Shown here one piece after another: positions 1 to 11,811 of a DNA stretch of 64,000 bases. The stretch's first letter is position 1. Each line of letters begins with the position of its first letter. The notes under the pieces are model-generated. The model was not told the DNA's origin. It was given only the letters and a program-made list of their open reading frames with translations, and did no database searches. A program made the translations under genes and the position numbers. The stretch comes from Candidatus Uhrbacteria bacterium (GTDB taxonomy: Bacteria > Patescibacteriota > Patescibacteriia > UBA9934 > GWF2-40-263), in NCBI GenBank assembly GCA_903843045.1, contig CAIMOJ010000046.1:95073-159072 (forward strand). Reading direction: 5' to 3'.

Positions 1-40
1 GAATATCACAAAATCGGCCGAATAGCAGCTTGGGGATAAC

Positions 41-220
41 TCACAATCTGGCCATCCGCAGTTTGTCGGCGACATCCTTCGGATCGTCGAGCTTGATCGA
101 CTTCACGACGATCTCGACGCGCACCGGCTTGCCGTCTTGAACCACGAGACGCAGCTCCCCGTAGCCCATCGTTTCGATGAGCTGGACGAGGTGTTTCCAT
201 TGTGGCGTGTCTGGGATCAT
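41..220 (-). CDS. DUF2292/YezD-like small protein (59 aa), translationally coupled to TerL (ATGA overlap)
   Basis: Hand-translated minus-strand ORF MIPDTPQWKHLVQLIETMGYGELRLVVQDGKPVRVEIVVKSIKLDDPKDVADKLRMARL. It is just under the 60-aa ORF-track cutoff. The GELRLVVQDGKPVRVE pattern resembles the YezD/DUF2292 family. The listed alternative ORF 6..200 is Arg-rich and looks like a shadow frame. Confidence 0.5.
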   Translation of the reverse strand: MIPDTPQWKHLVQLIETMGYGELRLVVQDGKPVRVEIVVKSIKLDDPKDVADKLRMARL

Positions 221-1665
221 AGCTGGATGATTTGGGGCGTCTCGCCTTGAATCGCGAGGCTGACGGCGTGAACGAAGGCGTCGACCATGTCGTCGTGCTG
301 GCCGTGTGGGAAGGCGAGCAGCTCGGCGAAGAACTCCTCCGGCAGATCGTTTGCGAACTCGACCGTTCCGTTCTCGATGAACGGGAGCACCTGCAAGAAC
401 CGCCGCACCTTGTCTTTGTCGACTGTGATCTCCGACGTCGGGACGTAGGTGTTCTCCGATGGGCCGAGCCGGTCGATCTCCTGCTTGAGCGCCTTCTGGT
501 AGGCCACGGTTTCGATCCCGAACGTCTGGTAGTTGAACGTGCGATGTTTGCGCAGGATCATCCGAACCTGATCCGGGAACGACAGGTGGCCGCGCTCGAT
601 ATCCACGACCGTAAGCCGTCCGGTCTCGATGTTCCGCCAGACCGTTGCCACCGCCGTATAGTCGGCCGTCTCTTTCTCGCTGATGGCCGGATCAGCCGCT
701 CCGAAGGCATCCACGACCTGCGCGAGATTGCCTTCTTCATCCGTTCGCGTCGGCAGCGGCTTCGGCCTGCGTATGATCCAGCTTTCTTTCACTAGCCGCG
801 CCGCCGCAGTGATCGGGATGTTCATATATTCCTGATCGAACACGAGGGCGCCCACCGCGCGACGTTCTTCCGCAAGCCTCTTGAGCGGCCAGAATTGCGG
901 CCAGATGCTTTTACCGTCCTCGATCGCGGAACGCTGGATGCCGCCGAACGTGTTGTAAAACTTCACGAGCGCGGCGTCCGGGTGCAGGATCGTTCCGATC
1001 ATCTTCACCCTGCCGCGCTCTTTATCGCGGGACGGTATGATCACGCCAAAAATCCACCGATCGAGTTTGTCTCGCAATTCCGCGCTGCGCACTGCCTCAT
1101 CATTCTCCACGTCATCAATCACGATCTTGGTCGGCCTGCTCCCCTTGATGTTCACGCCGCGTCCCTTACGCGCTCCACGGGCTACGACGTTGACGCCGTT
1201 TGTCGTCTCGAAATGCTTGTTCGTCCATTTGCGGGACAGGTTTGAATCCGGCGGAACGATGTTGCCATAGACCTTCCGCAGCGCCGCGTTATTTTCAAGT
1301 TCGAACTTGATGCTCTCAAAATGAAACTGCGCTTCGGTAAGCGTGCACGATATGTACAAGATCACCGGCTCAAGCTTGTAGACGATGTCGTGGATGGTGT
1401 CGATCTTCTCCCACGTTGTTTTGGCGTGCCCGCGAGGAAATACGATCGCACTATCAGTCTGTCGCGCGAGTTCACGAATAAGGTCCGCATGGCAATCAGG
1501 GACTTCACCGGCGATCAGATGCGGGAAAAAATATCTACCGAAGATCGGCAGATTGTGCTTCGGCATCAGGCTTTGCCTGATCCACGTCGCCTTTTCCTGA
1601 TCCGGCTCCCTCAGCCTTGCGAGAGCCGCCATCCACGCGTTTATTTTCTTCGTCGTCTTTGTCAT
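217..1665 (-). CDS. Phage terminase large subunit (TerL)
   Basis: 482 aa. Walker A-like VFPRGHAKTT, the ATPase-domain acidic motif KIVIDDVEND, and a C-terminal nuclease DDMVDAF motif typical of TerL. Start uncertain (M1, M12 or M33) because the N-terminus overlaps the upstream TerS-like ORF. Confidence 0.85.
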   Translation of the reverse strand: MTKTTKKINAWMAALARLREPDQEKATWIRQSLMPKHNLPIFGRYFFPHLIAGEVPDCHADLIRELARQTDSAIVFPRGHAKTTWEKIDTIHDIVYKLEPVILYISCTLTEAQFHFESIKFELENNAALRKVYGNIVPPDSNLSRKWTNKHFETTNGVNVVARGARKGRGVNIKGSRPTKIVIDDVENDEAVRSAELRDKLDRWIFGVIIPSRDKERGRVKMIGTILHPDAALVKFYNTFGGIQRSAIEDGKSIWPQFWPLKRLAEERRAVGALVFDQEYMNIPITAAARLVKESWIIRRPKPLPTRTDEEGNLAQVVDAFGAADPAISEKETADYTAVATVWRNIETGRLTVVDIERGHLSFPDQVRMILRKHRTFNYQTFGIETVAYQKALKQEIDRLGPSENTYVPTSEITVDKDKVRRFLQVLPFIENGTVEFANDLPEEFFAELLAFPHGQHDDMVDAFVHAVSLAIQGETPQIIQL

Positions 1666-2071
1666 GGTCGTCGTTGATAAATGGGACCATCAATTCAAGC
1701 GCGCGCTTGCTGAGCGAACAGTCGATCTCCCCCTCGAACTCGAAGGTCTGGTGCTGCGTCGGTTTTCCTATGGCTTGATCGAGAAGCCACTCGATGGACT
1801 TTCCGTCGGGGGACTTCTTATAAACCCTGATCTCGTTGGTCTCGGGATCGGTGACCTGTACGAAGTGCCCCTTAGCCAGCGCTATCTTCGCCTCATACAA
1901 ATCGTCGAAGTGATCCGCGACCTTCTGCATCAGCTGGTTGCGCAACTCCAAACGGATGCGATTCTCTCGGCTGACCGACCCTTTAGGCCTGCCACCATTC
2001 TTCGCATTCTCGCGGTTGGCTTTTATTTGCGCTTCAGTTGCCATAATTGGGATTAAAATCCAATAACCCAA
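1535..2071 (-). CDS. Terminase small subunit-like / HTH DNA-binding protein
   Basis: Probable start at MATEAQIKANRENAKNGGRPKG (ATG at 2044). The NGGRPKG HTH motif is common in TerS and Hin-like proteins, and the gene sits immediately upstream of TerL. The acidic C-terminus overlaps the TerL start by roughly 35-130 nt. Confidence 0.5.
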   Translation of the reverse strand: MGYWILIPIMATEAQIKANRENAKNGGRPKGSVSRENRIRLELRNQLMQKVADHFDDLYEAKIALAKGHFVQVTDPETNEIRVYKKSPDGKSIEWLLDQAIGKPTQHQTFEFEGEIDCSLSKRALELMVPFINDDHDKDDEENKRVDGGSRKAEGAGSGKGDVDQAKPDAEAQSADLR

Positions 2072-2072
2072 T

Positions 2073-3251
2073 TCAAGTGATCATTTCGGCCTTTTTTCCG
2101 GTGTATTTCTCCCACCGTGCAATGATCACGTCGCAGTATCCGGGGTCGATCTCCATCATCCGGCACTTGCGTCCTGCTTGTTCGCAGGCAATCAGGGTGG
2201 TGCCGGAACCGCCGAACAGGTCTAGGACGATGTCACCGGGCACAGACGAGCCGTTAAGCGCCTTCACGACGAGCTGGATCGGCTTCATGGTCGGGTGAAG
2301 ATCGTTGACTGATGGACGCTTCAGCTGCCACACATCGCCTTGATCGCGGTCGCCGCACCAATAGTGCTCGGCACCCTCTTTCCAGCCGTAGAGAATCGGC
2401 TCGTACTGACGCTGATAATCCGCCCGGCCGAGCGTGAAGCGATCCTTCGCCCAGATGATCGTCGTCGACCAATGGCCTCCCAAGCGCAGCCATGCGGACT
2501 GTAACGGACCCCATTCCTTACAGCTCATGCAGATATACGACGCTCCGGCGTTGAATTGGAGGATGTTCTTGATGAAGCCGTCGACGAAGATCTGCCAATC
2601 GCCGTCACTCATTTTGTCGTTAACGATTTTCCGATCCTTGCCCCAGCGCGGGTTGTCATGATTCCCGTAGTCGACGTTGTAAGGCGGATCAGTGAAGACC
2701 ATCCCCGCGCGATCATCGGCCATAAGTCGCTTCACGTCTGCCTCGTCGACGGCGTCCCCGCAGATGAGGGTGTGCTCCCCAAGCCTGTAAAGATCGCCAC
2801 GCTTCGATTTCGGTTCCGCTGGCGGCTCCCCGTCGAAATCATCCTCCTCGCCCTCGATAGCCTTCTTGAGAATCTTGGCTATTTCGGACGGATCGAAACC
2901 GGACAACTTTCGTTCTTCTTCGCTCATTTCTTTCAGCAACGCCACGAGCAGCGCCTCGTCCCATTCGCCCTGAATCCTGTTCAGGGCGAGGTTCAGCGCC
3001 TTCTCTTTCTCCTTCGGGATATCAACCCTGATGACAGGCACCTCTTCGATCCCGAGACGCTTCGCGGCAGCGACCCGCTGGTGTCCGCCGATGATCGTGT
3101 CGTCTTGGTTGATGACGACCGGCTCTACACAGCCGTACTGCTCGAGGCTTCGCATCAGCTTCTCCATCTCGCGGTCGGCCATCTTGCGCGGATTATAAGA
3201 CGCCGGTTTCAGTTCCGTGATTTTCTTGTACTCGATTTGTATCTGATTCAT
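2073..3251 (-). CDS. ParB-like nuclease domain fused to N6-adenine/N4-cytosine DNA methyltransferase
   Basis: Start at MNQIQIEYKKI (ATG at 3251), not the upstream M of the listed ORF. N-terminal ParB/Srx fold (VINQDDTIIGGHQRVAAAKRLG). C-terminal MTase motifs FTDPPYN (motif IV) and LDLFGGSGTTLIACE (SAM binding). This is a typical phage ParB-MTase fusion. Confidence 0.8.
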   Translation of the reverse strand: MNQIQIEYKKITELKPASYNPRKMADREMEKLMRSLEQYGCVEPVVINQDDTIIGGHQRVAAAKRLGIEEVPVIRVDIPKEKEKALNLALNRIQGEWDEALLVALLKEMSEEERKLSGFDPSEIAKILKKAIEGEEDDFDGEPPAEPKSKRGDLYRLGEHTLICGDAVDEADVKRLMADDRAGMVFTDPPYNVDYGNHDNPRWGKDRKIVNDKMSDGDWQIFVDGFIKNILQFNAGASYICMSCKEWGPLQSAWLRLGGHWSTTIIWAKDRFTLGRADYQRQYEPILYGWKEGAEHYWCGDRDQGDVWQLKRPSVNDLHPTMKPIQLVVKALNGSSVPGDIVLDLFGGSGTTLIACEQAGRKCRMMEIDPGYCDVIIARWEKYTGKKAEMIT

Positions 3252-3758
3252 AAAAATTGAAATTGACAACAGAACACCCTTACCGCTATCCTTGAAGCAA
3301 TCGACTCGCTTCGTGATACCAGTTTCGAGGGAGACCCAGGCAAGGGTCTCTTTTCTATATCTCGTTCCCTCTGGAATGCGACCGGGTTGACGGTGTTCAT
3401 GGTTGGTTGCAAGAACCGCAGAGCCAACGATCAGAGCCCGGATTTTTCCCATGGACAGAGGAAGCGAGATTGTCTTCGGCAGCGTTACACCGTTGCCCCC
3501 ATCCAAGGCGACGGAACCTAGAGAGTCCTAGGGGATTTACACTTGCCATTTAGCGATTTGTTTTCCGCAGCCACGCGGTATCGTCGCAGTTTTACGCCCA
3601 GCACCTTTCTCCGATACGTCGGGCGACGCCTTTCTTTTTCTGCTTGCCGGTCCTTTGCGGCACGCCCTCCCACGAACGAGACACAGACCGGCCATTTAGG
3701 ACGATCTGTATTCGGTTCACAGGAGCGCGCACCGGGGCGATTGCTCGCCCGGCGGCGG

Positions 3759-3962
3759 TCAGGACAACTCTTCGATGGCTTCAAGTATGGTTTCGAGCTC
3801 TTTGAATTCGCGCTCGATCTGGTTTTGAACCACCCTTGCCATCCACTTGAGCGACCTGATCTGCCCTTCCTTGCGTTCGCGCATCTCGATCAGGTTCTGG
3901 AGCTGCTGCTCCAGCGTAATCGGCACGACCCGCACTTTGGGCTTGCGCTCATTTGTAAACAT
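3759..3962 (-). CDS. Small coiled-coil protein (67 aa), phage module
   Basis: Strong SD (AGGAGG, 5-nt spacer) before the ATG at 3962. Lies directly downstream of the Sak4-like gene. High heptad/charge content. Confidence 0.45.
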   Translation of the reverse strand: MFTNERKPKVRVVPITLEQQLQNLIEMRERKEGQIRSLKWMARVVQNQIEREFKELETILEAIEELS

Positions 3963-3977
3963 AGGCTCCTCCTAGCG

Positions 3978-5069
3978 TTAGGCTTTACTCATCGAGGCAG
4001 CCGCCTCTGCGAGTTTCTTCTCCACGAACTCGTGCATCTTGTCGATGCCGCCTTCGAGTAACTTAGGATTCTTTCCGGTGATCTCGGTCCAGCTCGGCGT
4101 TGCGAATGCAAACTCGAGCGCGGCGATCTTGTTCTGCTTCATTTCCGCCGTCTGGCCGGGCCACACCTTCGTGAGATAGGCCTCGATCTTTTCAAGGGCG
4201 ATGTCGCGGCGCTTAAGATAGTCGCGCTTGTCGTCCTCCGTTTGAACGAGAGCCGATGCGTCCGCTTCCGCGACGGTAGACCGCTTCATCGGTTCGGAGA
4301 GAATGACCTCCATCGCCGGTTTGAATTGCTCGTAGGTCGGGTTCTCGAAGGACTTGCCATCGAGAAGCGTCGAGCGGTCTTTGATGATCACCGCGCGGCG
4401 CGAGACCTTCTTGATGTCGCCTCCCTCCATTTCCTGAATGCGCTCCATGAGGACCAGAAGGTCAGGCTCGTAAGCGGTTTCGCCTTCCACCTTCATTTTC
4501 ACGCCCGACTTGTAGATTTCGCGCTTGCCGGTTTCTTCGTTGATCTCGTTGTCATACTCGAAGCCAGCGCGGCCAGTCATGATGATGTGGTACGGATCGC
4601 GGACGAAGGGGTCGGAAAACTCCGCCTTCCACGTCGGCTTGATCACGCCCCAGTCCTGAAACTCGAGCCGTGTTCGGTTTTTCTTTTTCTTGTACGCCTC
4701 CGTGAAGTTTTCCCAGATGTGGCTGATCGAATCGACCAGCAGTACGTCGGAAAAACCATCGCGACAGCGTTTCATCGTCTCGGTGAGATCTGCGAGGCTG
4801 CGGCTTTCCTTCAAAACCGCCTCGATCCCATGCTCCGCGAACAGTGGTTTCAAGAACTTGGCTGACATTTCCGTATCGAAGATGACGATTGGCTTCGTCG
4901 AACCGATACGTTTGTGGAGCCCCACAGCGACAAGCGCGGCAGTGTAGGTTTTGCCCGTTCCGGCGAAGCCTTCGAACGCGGCTTTGAAGTACGGTTTTGT
5001 GTTCCCGATCGGGCTGAAGAAGTCGTCGAAGTTGTTTTTGTCGTAGGTCGTCGTTGGTTTGGTTGTCAT
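3978..5069 (-). CDS. Sak4-like RecA-family ATPase (phage recombination/replication AAA domain)
   Basis: 363 aa. Walker A GFAGTGKTYTAALVAV and Walker B VLLVDSISHIW. SD GAGAAAGGA before the ATG. Typical phage single-strand-annealing/recombination-module ATPase. Confidence 0.75.
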   Translation of the reverse strand: MTTKPTTTYDKNNFDDFFSPIGNTKPYFKAAFEGFAGTGKTYTAALVAVGLHKRIGSTKPIVIFDTEMSAKFLKPLFAEHGIEAVLKESRSLADLTETMKRCRDGFSDVLLVDSISHIWENFTEAYKKKKNRTRLEFQDWGVIKPTWKAEFSDPFVRDPYHIIMTGRAGFEYDNEINEETGKREIYKSGVKMKVEGETAYEPDLLVLMERIQEMEGGDIKKVSRRAVIIKDRSTLLDGKSFENPTYEQFKPAMEVILSEPMKRSTVAEADASALVQTEDDKRDYLKRRDIALEKIEAYLTKVWPGQTAEMKQNKIAALEFAFATPSWTEITGKNPKLLEGGIDKMHEFVEKKLAEAAASMSKA

Positions 5070-5299
5070 ATCCTTTCTCGCCTTTCAATGGTGAATAAGC
5101 CTTGGTGGACGGTTCCTCGGCCTCGCGGCAGAGTTCCTTTTCCACCTCGATGTCGTACGGTTCGATCGAACCGCCGAGCGGGTAATCCGCGCTCGGCTCC
5201 TCATGTCCTTTGTCCATATTTCTCCTGTCAGGTTAATTAAACCCCCCGTCTCCTTTTGGCTGGAGCAGCCTTTCGACCTTTAACGGGCTGTGGATAACG

Positions 5300-5330
5300 A
5301 AAAAGCTCGCTTTTTAAGCGAGCTTCTCGT
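5300..5330. terminator. Bidirectional intrinsic terminator downstream of secA
   Basis: Hairpin AAGCTCGC-TTTTTA-AGCGAGCTT flanked by A/T runs, 25 nt past the secA stop on the minus strand. Confidence 0.6.
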
Positions 5331-5355
5331 GGTCTGATTTGCGATTATTTATCCC

Positions 5356-8055
<2,700 letters not shown>

Positions 8056-8111
8056 ATCGAGAGGATTATGCCGGTTTGCTGGGAAAACAGCAAGGGATGG
8101 CAAAACGGTCG

Positions 8112-8140
8112 AAAATCAAAAGAGCCGGATGGCTCTTTGA
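8112..8140. terminator. Intrinsic terminator after hpf
   Basis: Hairpin AGAGCC-GGAT-GGCTCT, with a U-tract on the minus-strand transcript. Confidence 0.5.
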
Positions 8141-8152
8141 TGGTTTTACGGC

Positions 8153-8494
8153 TTATTCCTTGTCCGGCCGCGGGGCGCGCTGCTCGTCCTTGGCGCGATC
8201 CTTGTGCTCGACCAGCTGGCGGCGGACCTCGTCCTTGCAGACGTCGATCGCCTCGTACAGGTCCTCGCGCTCCTCGACCGAGCGGAACAGGTTGCCAAGG
8301 AAGGTCAGGTTGATTTCCGCACGCATGTACGGGCCCTTGTTGTGGTGCTGCGTGCTTTTGCCCACCTCGACCTCGACCATCGCCGCCGCGTCGTAATCGT
8401 CCACGAGCTTCGCAATCGATTCCATGCGCTCGTCGACGTACTGCCGAATCGCGTCGGTAAGCTCGATCGCCGTCGCCTTGATCTTGATTTCCAT
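8153..8494 (-). CDS. hpf: Ribosome hibernation promoting factor (HPF/RaiA), short form
   Basis: Start at MEIKIKATAIELTDAIRQYV (ATG 8494). 113 aa S30AE-family signature. hpf directly upstream of secA as in Firmicutes-like arrangements. Confidence 0.85.
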   Translation of the reverse strand: MEIKIKATAIELTDAIRQYVDERMESIAKLVDDYDAAAMVEVEVGKSTQHHNKGPYMRAEINLTFLGNLFRSVEEREDLYEAIDVCKDEVRRQLVEHKDRAKDEQRAPRPDKE

Positions 8495-8510
8495 ACCTCG
8501 ATCATTAGTT

Positions 8511-9437
8511 TCAGAACCCCAGGTATTGTACCTCTTCCTGCAACTGGATGCCAAACTCGTTTCGCGCCCGCGTTTTTACCAAGGCGACGAGCTGGACCAC
8601 GTCGCTCGCGGTCGCGGAACCGAGGTTCACGATGAAGTTTCCGTGTTCCTCGCTGATCTTCGCGTCGCCGATGCGCGTCCCTTTCAGCCCGAGCTTGTCG
8701 ATGAGCCAGCCGGCAGACAGTCGCCGGCTGGCAGGCATCTCGTGCATAGGTATATCGGCCTTCGCGGAGATTCGTTGCGCTTCCTCTTCCGTCGCGTCAA
8801 AATTCTTAAAAACGCATCCCGCCGATCCGCCGTACAGCGGCTGCGACGCCTTCCGCTTCGCCAGCGTCTCGTCAAGCTTCGCGCGAAGTTCGTCGCGATC
8901 GCCGGGGCTGAGCTCCATCGTGACGGACAGGATGATGTCGGAAGAATGCTTGATCGCGGACTCGCGGTAGGCAAAGAGAAGATCGCCGCGGCCGACGTCG
9001 ACGGTTTGCCCGTCGCGCAGGACGCGAACGGACAAAACGACATCGCCCATCTCCCCGCCGAAGCACCCCGCGTTCCCGCGCACGGCCCCGCCGATCGTTC
9101 CGGGCAGCGAAATCGCCCACTCCATGCCCCTGAGTCCCGAGTCCGCCGTCTGTCGAGCGACCATCGCGGACATGGCGCCAGCCTCCGCGACGACCGTCGG
9201 CCCATCGATCGCGATCTTCCGCATCGCCATCTGAATCACGACTCCCGCGAACCCCTCGTCGTTCGCCAGCGTGTTCGACCCTCCGCCCGTCACGCAAAAC
9301 CCAACCCCCTTCTCCGCCGCGAACGCAATCGCCTCCCGCAATTCTTCCTCCGACCGAACCTCAACGAACCACCGCGCGTTCCCGCCGATGCGAAAGTTAG
9401 TATGCTTCGAAAGCGATTCGTTTTCCTTAAGATTCAT
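8511..9437 (-). CDS. murB: UDP-N-acetylenolpyruvoylglucosamine reductase MurB
   Basis: 308 aa with FAD-binding and MurB C-terminal domains (GGGSNTL, GTIGGAVRGNAGCFG). Confidence 0.9.
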   Translation of the reverse strand: MNLKENESLSKHTNFRIGGNARWFVEVRSEEELREAIAFAAEKGVGFCVTGGGSNTLANDEGFAGVVIQMAMRKIAIDGPTVVAEAGAMSAMVARQTADSGLRGMEWAISLPGTIGGAVRGNAGCFGGEMGDVVLSVRVLRDGQTVDVGRGDLLFAYRESAIKHSSDIILSVTMELSPGDRDELRAKLDETLAKRKASQPLYGGSAGCVFKNFDATEEEAQRISAKADIPMHEMPASRRLSAGWLIDKLGLKGTRIGDAKISEEHGNFIVNLGSATASDVVQLVALVKTRARNEFGIQLQEEVQYLGF

Positions 9438-9849
9438 ACGAAAAATGCACGCGAATCCTGTCCGCCGTAATGGTCAATTCCTCAACGCTCGCCTCGATTT
9501 TCCCAACGACGCCCTCGGAGGCGGCATACAGTCCGCGCAGGTTCGTCTTGCTCGGCAGCACGTGCGCATGCAGATGCGGCTGGCTGCGATACTCCCAGCC
9601 GTTCACAAGGAACATCGGCGTCACGCCATATTCCTTCTTCACTGCGTCCATCGCCAAATTCGCCGCCGTCATAAACGCCCGCGCCTCTTCGGCAGTAAGA
9701 TCCTTCATGTTCTCCGCGTGACGGATCGGAATGATCATGACGTGCCCGTCCTTGATCGGGTGGAGAATTGGTACAACAAATACGTGCGCGTCGGAGTAGA
9801 TGATACGGCTCTTCTCGTTCTCGAAAGCGTTGCAAAGTTCGCAGGGCAT
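9427..9849 (-). CDS. HIT-family hydrolase
   Basis: 140 aa with histidine-triad HLHAHVLP. Overlaps the murB start by 11 nt. Confidence 0.8.
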   Translation of the reverse strand: MPCELCNAFENEKSRIIYSDAHVFVVPILHPIKDGHVMIIPIRHAENMKDLTAEEARAFMTAANLAMDAVKKEYGVTPMFLVNGWEYRSQPHLHAHVLPSKTNLRGLYAASEGVVGKIEASVEELTITADRIRVHFSYES

Positions 9850-9852
9850 AAT

Positions 9853-10326
9853 TCACGATACCGGGCCGGGGAGATACCCAAGCCGCTTGAACAACTCGAC
9901 GGACGGTGGCGTCAGCTTCAGTCGGTTAAGCTCCGCAAGATCCGTCCACGCGTACTCGACGAGATCGTCATTCAGTGAAACCCCGACGTCTTCCGCGTTC
10001 TGATCGCCGAGTACAACTCGATAGACGAAAAACTTCATCTCGCACAAAACCGTTTCGCCCGTGTCCTTCAGCGTCTTCTCACCCATGCCGCCACCCTGAT
10101 CGTCGACGAGTTCGATCGGATACGCGGAAACGTCGATCCCGGTTTCCTCCCGAACCTCACGAATCAACGCGTAGACCTTCTCTTCGCCTGCGTCGATTCC
10201 TCCGCCAGGAATATGCCAGCAGTCCGCATAGACCCCGCCCTTCGACGAATCCTTTCTCCCTTGGAGCAGTTTGCCATCCTTCGACAGGAGAAGCGCGGAA
10301 ACAATGTCGCGGTGGATCGTTCGCAT
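9853..10326 (-). CDS. NUDIX hydrolase
   Basis: Start at MRTIHRDIV (ATG 10326). Nudix box GGGIDAGEEKVYALIREVREETGI. The listed longer N-terminus is a shadow of murC. Confidence 0.8.
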   Translation of the reverse strand: MRTIHRDIVSALLLSKDGKLLQGRKDSSKGGVYADCWHIPGGGIDAGEEKVYALIREVREETGIDVSAYPIELVDDQGGGMGEKTLKDTGETVLCEMKFFVYRVVLGDQNAEDVGVSLNDDLVEYAWTDLAELNRLKLTPPSVELFKRLGYLPGPVS

Positions 10327-10336
10327 AGCAAGACCG

Positions 10337-11692
10337 TTAGTCGACGAGCCTCCGCGCAACCTCGTCGATGTCCCCCGCCCCCTGGACGATGACGACGTCG
10401 CCGTCGCGGACGATCTCTCGCAACGCAGCCTCCGCCTCGTCGAGCCCCGCCGCATACTCGACTCTTCGACTCTTCGACCCTTCGACCCTTCGCACCTCCT
10501 CAACGAGATCCTCGCTCGACACCGCCTCGCTCTCCGTCCGCCCCGCGACGCCATAGATCTCGGCGACGACGATCTCATCCGCGAGGGCGATCGACGCGAC
10601 GAACTCGTCGAACAGCTCGTGGGTTCGGGAGTGCTGGTGCGGCTGGAAGCAGAGGACGATGCGGCGGCCCGGGAAGAACTCGCGGGCGGCTTCGATCGTT
10701 CCCTTGATGGCCGTTGGATGGTGGCCGTAGTCGGAGACAACCTCCGCGCCGTTAAATTGTCCGACGCGCTCGAAGCGACGCCAGATTCCGGTGAAGGACG
10801 AAAGGACGCGCGCGCAGGTTTCGAACGGGACGCCGAGTTCCATGGCGGCGGACGTGGCGGCGAGCGCGTTCATCGCGTTGAACGCTCCGGGGATCTTGAG
10901 TTTCAGCGTCCCTTGGCTCGTCTCGACGGTCTGGATTCCGTCGACGGTCATTCGTGACAGACGTTCGTAGTCCGACGCCCCGTCGAACCCGTACGTCACC
11001 CCGCGGTCGACGATGAGACGATTCGACTGCGCGTCGTCCTTGTTCCACACGGTCAGCCCCTTTCCCTTCAGCTTGTCCACGAACGTCTGGAACGTCTCGC
11101 GAATGTGGTCGACGTCGCGATAAAAGTCGAGATGGTCCGCCTCGATATTCGTGAGCACGATCATCTCCGGGTTGATCTCCAGCATGTTGGCGCGGTACTC
11201 GCACGCCTCGACGACGAAGAAGCGCCCGTTGCCGACGCGGAGGTTGCCAAGCGGAAACGACGGCACGAGCGAGCCGACGATGACCGTCGGATCGTATCCG
11301 GCGGCCTCGAGCATGAGGGCGAGCATCGCGGTGGTCGTCGACTTCCCGTTCGTCCCAGAAACCGCGATCGTGGAATACCCCTTGGACATCGCGCCCAAAA
11401 ACTGCGGGTACGATAATTCCTTCGCCCCGAGCTCGCGGGCACGGACGCGCTCGACGTTCGATTCGACGACCGCCGGGCTATACACGACCAACTGGACCCC
11501 GACCGGCACGTTCGTCGCGTCATGCCCGATCGCGATCGCCACCCCGCGACGCTCAAGATCGTCCGTGATCGCCGACCCCGCCCGATCCGACCCGCTGACT
11601 TTTTTCCCTTTCGCCAAACACCACTTCGCCGCCGCCGAAACCCCAATCCCCCCAACGCCAACGAAATGAATTGTTTCAATTCCCTCAAGCAT
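10337..11692 (-). CDS. murC: UDP-N-acetylmuramate--L-alanine ligase MurC
   Basis: 451 aa with Mur ligase N/M/C domains (GVGGIGVS, GTNGKSTTTAM). Contains an internal GGTCGAAGG tandem repeat encoding RRVEGSKSRRVE. Confidence 0.92.
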   Translation of the reverse strand: MLEGIETIHFVGVGGIGVSAAAKWCLAKGKKVSGSDRAGSAITDDLERRGVAIAIGHDATNVPVGVQLVVYSPAVVESNVERVRARELGAKELSYPQFLGAMSKGYSTIAVSGTNGKSTTTAMLALMLEAAGYDPTVIVGSLVPSFPLGNLRVGNGRFFVVEACEYRANMLEINPEMIVLTNIEADHLDFYRDVDHIRETFQTFVDKLKGKGLTVWNKDDAQSNRLIVDRGVTYGFDGASDYERLSRMTVDGIQTVETSQGTLKLKIPGAFNAMNALAATSAAMELGVPFETCARVLSSFTGIWRRFERVGQFNGAEVVSDYGHHPTAIKGTIEAAREFFPGRRIVLCFQPHQHSRTHELFDEFVASIALADEIVVAEIYGVAGRTESEAVSSEDLVEEVRRVEGSKSRRVEYAAGLDEAEAALREIVRDGDVVIVQGAGDIDEVARRLVD

Positions 11693-11811
11693 AACCCAAG
11701 CATCTTACCGTTCATCCACCATTCGTGGCAATACGTTACATATGTGTAATAAGTAACTAATTCGTTATTCGCAACCCCGCCTCCCCAAATAAAAAGGGCC
11801 ACTGAACACGA

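Noticed and set aside
6-200. Listed 64-aa minus-strand ORF METPRPAHRND...
   Set aside because: Arg-rich. A different frame (41-220) gives a YezD-like protein that overlaps TerL by ATGA.
3518-3784. 88-aa Arg-rich ORF in the phage non-coding gap, and its plus-strand counterpart 3543-4061
   Set aside because: Composition inconsistent with real proteins. Treated as non-coding.
4552-5217. ATG at 5217 with an excellent SD (CAGGAGAAAT-ATG) opening a 221-codon frame
   Set aside because: The frame runs through the whole Sak4-like gene in an alternative frame with no stop before it. At most a short upstream peptide could be real, and that cannot be supported from sequence.
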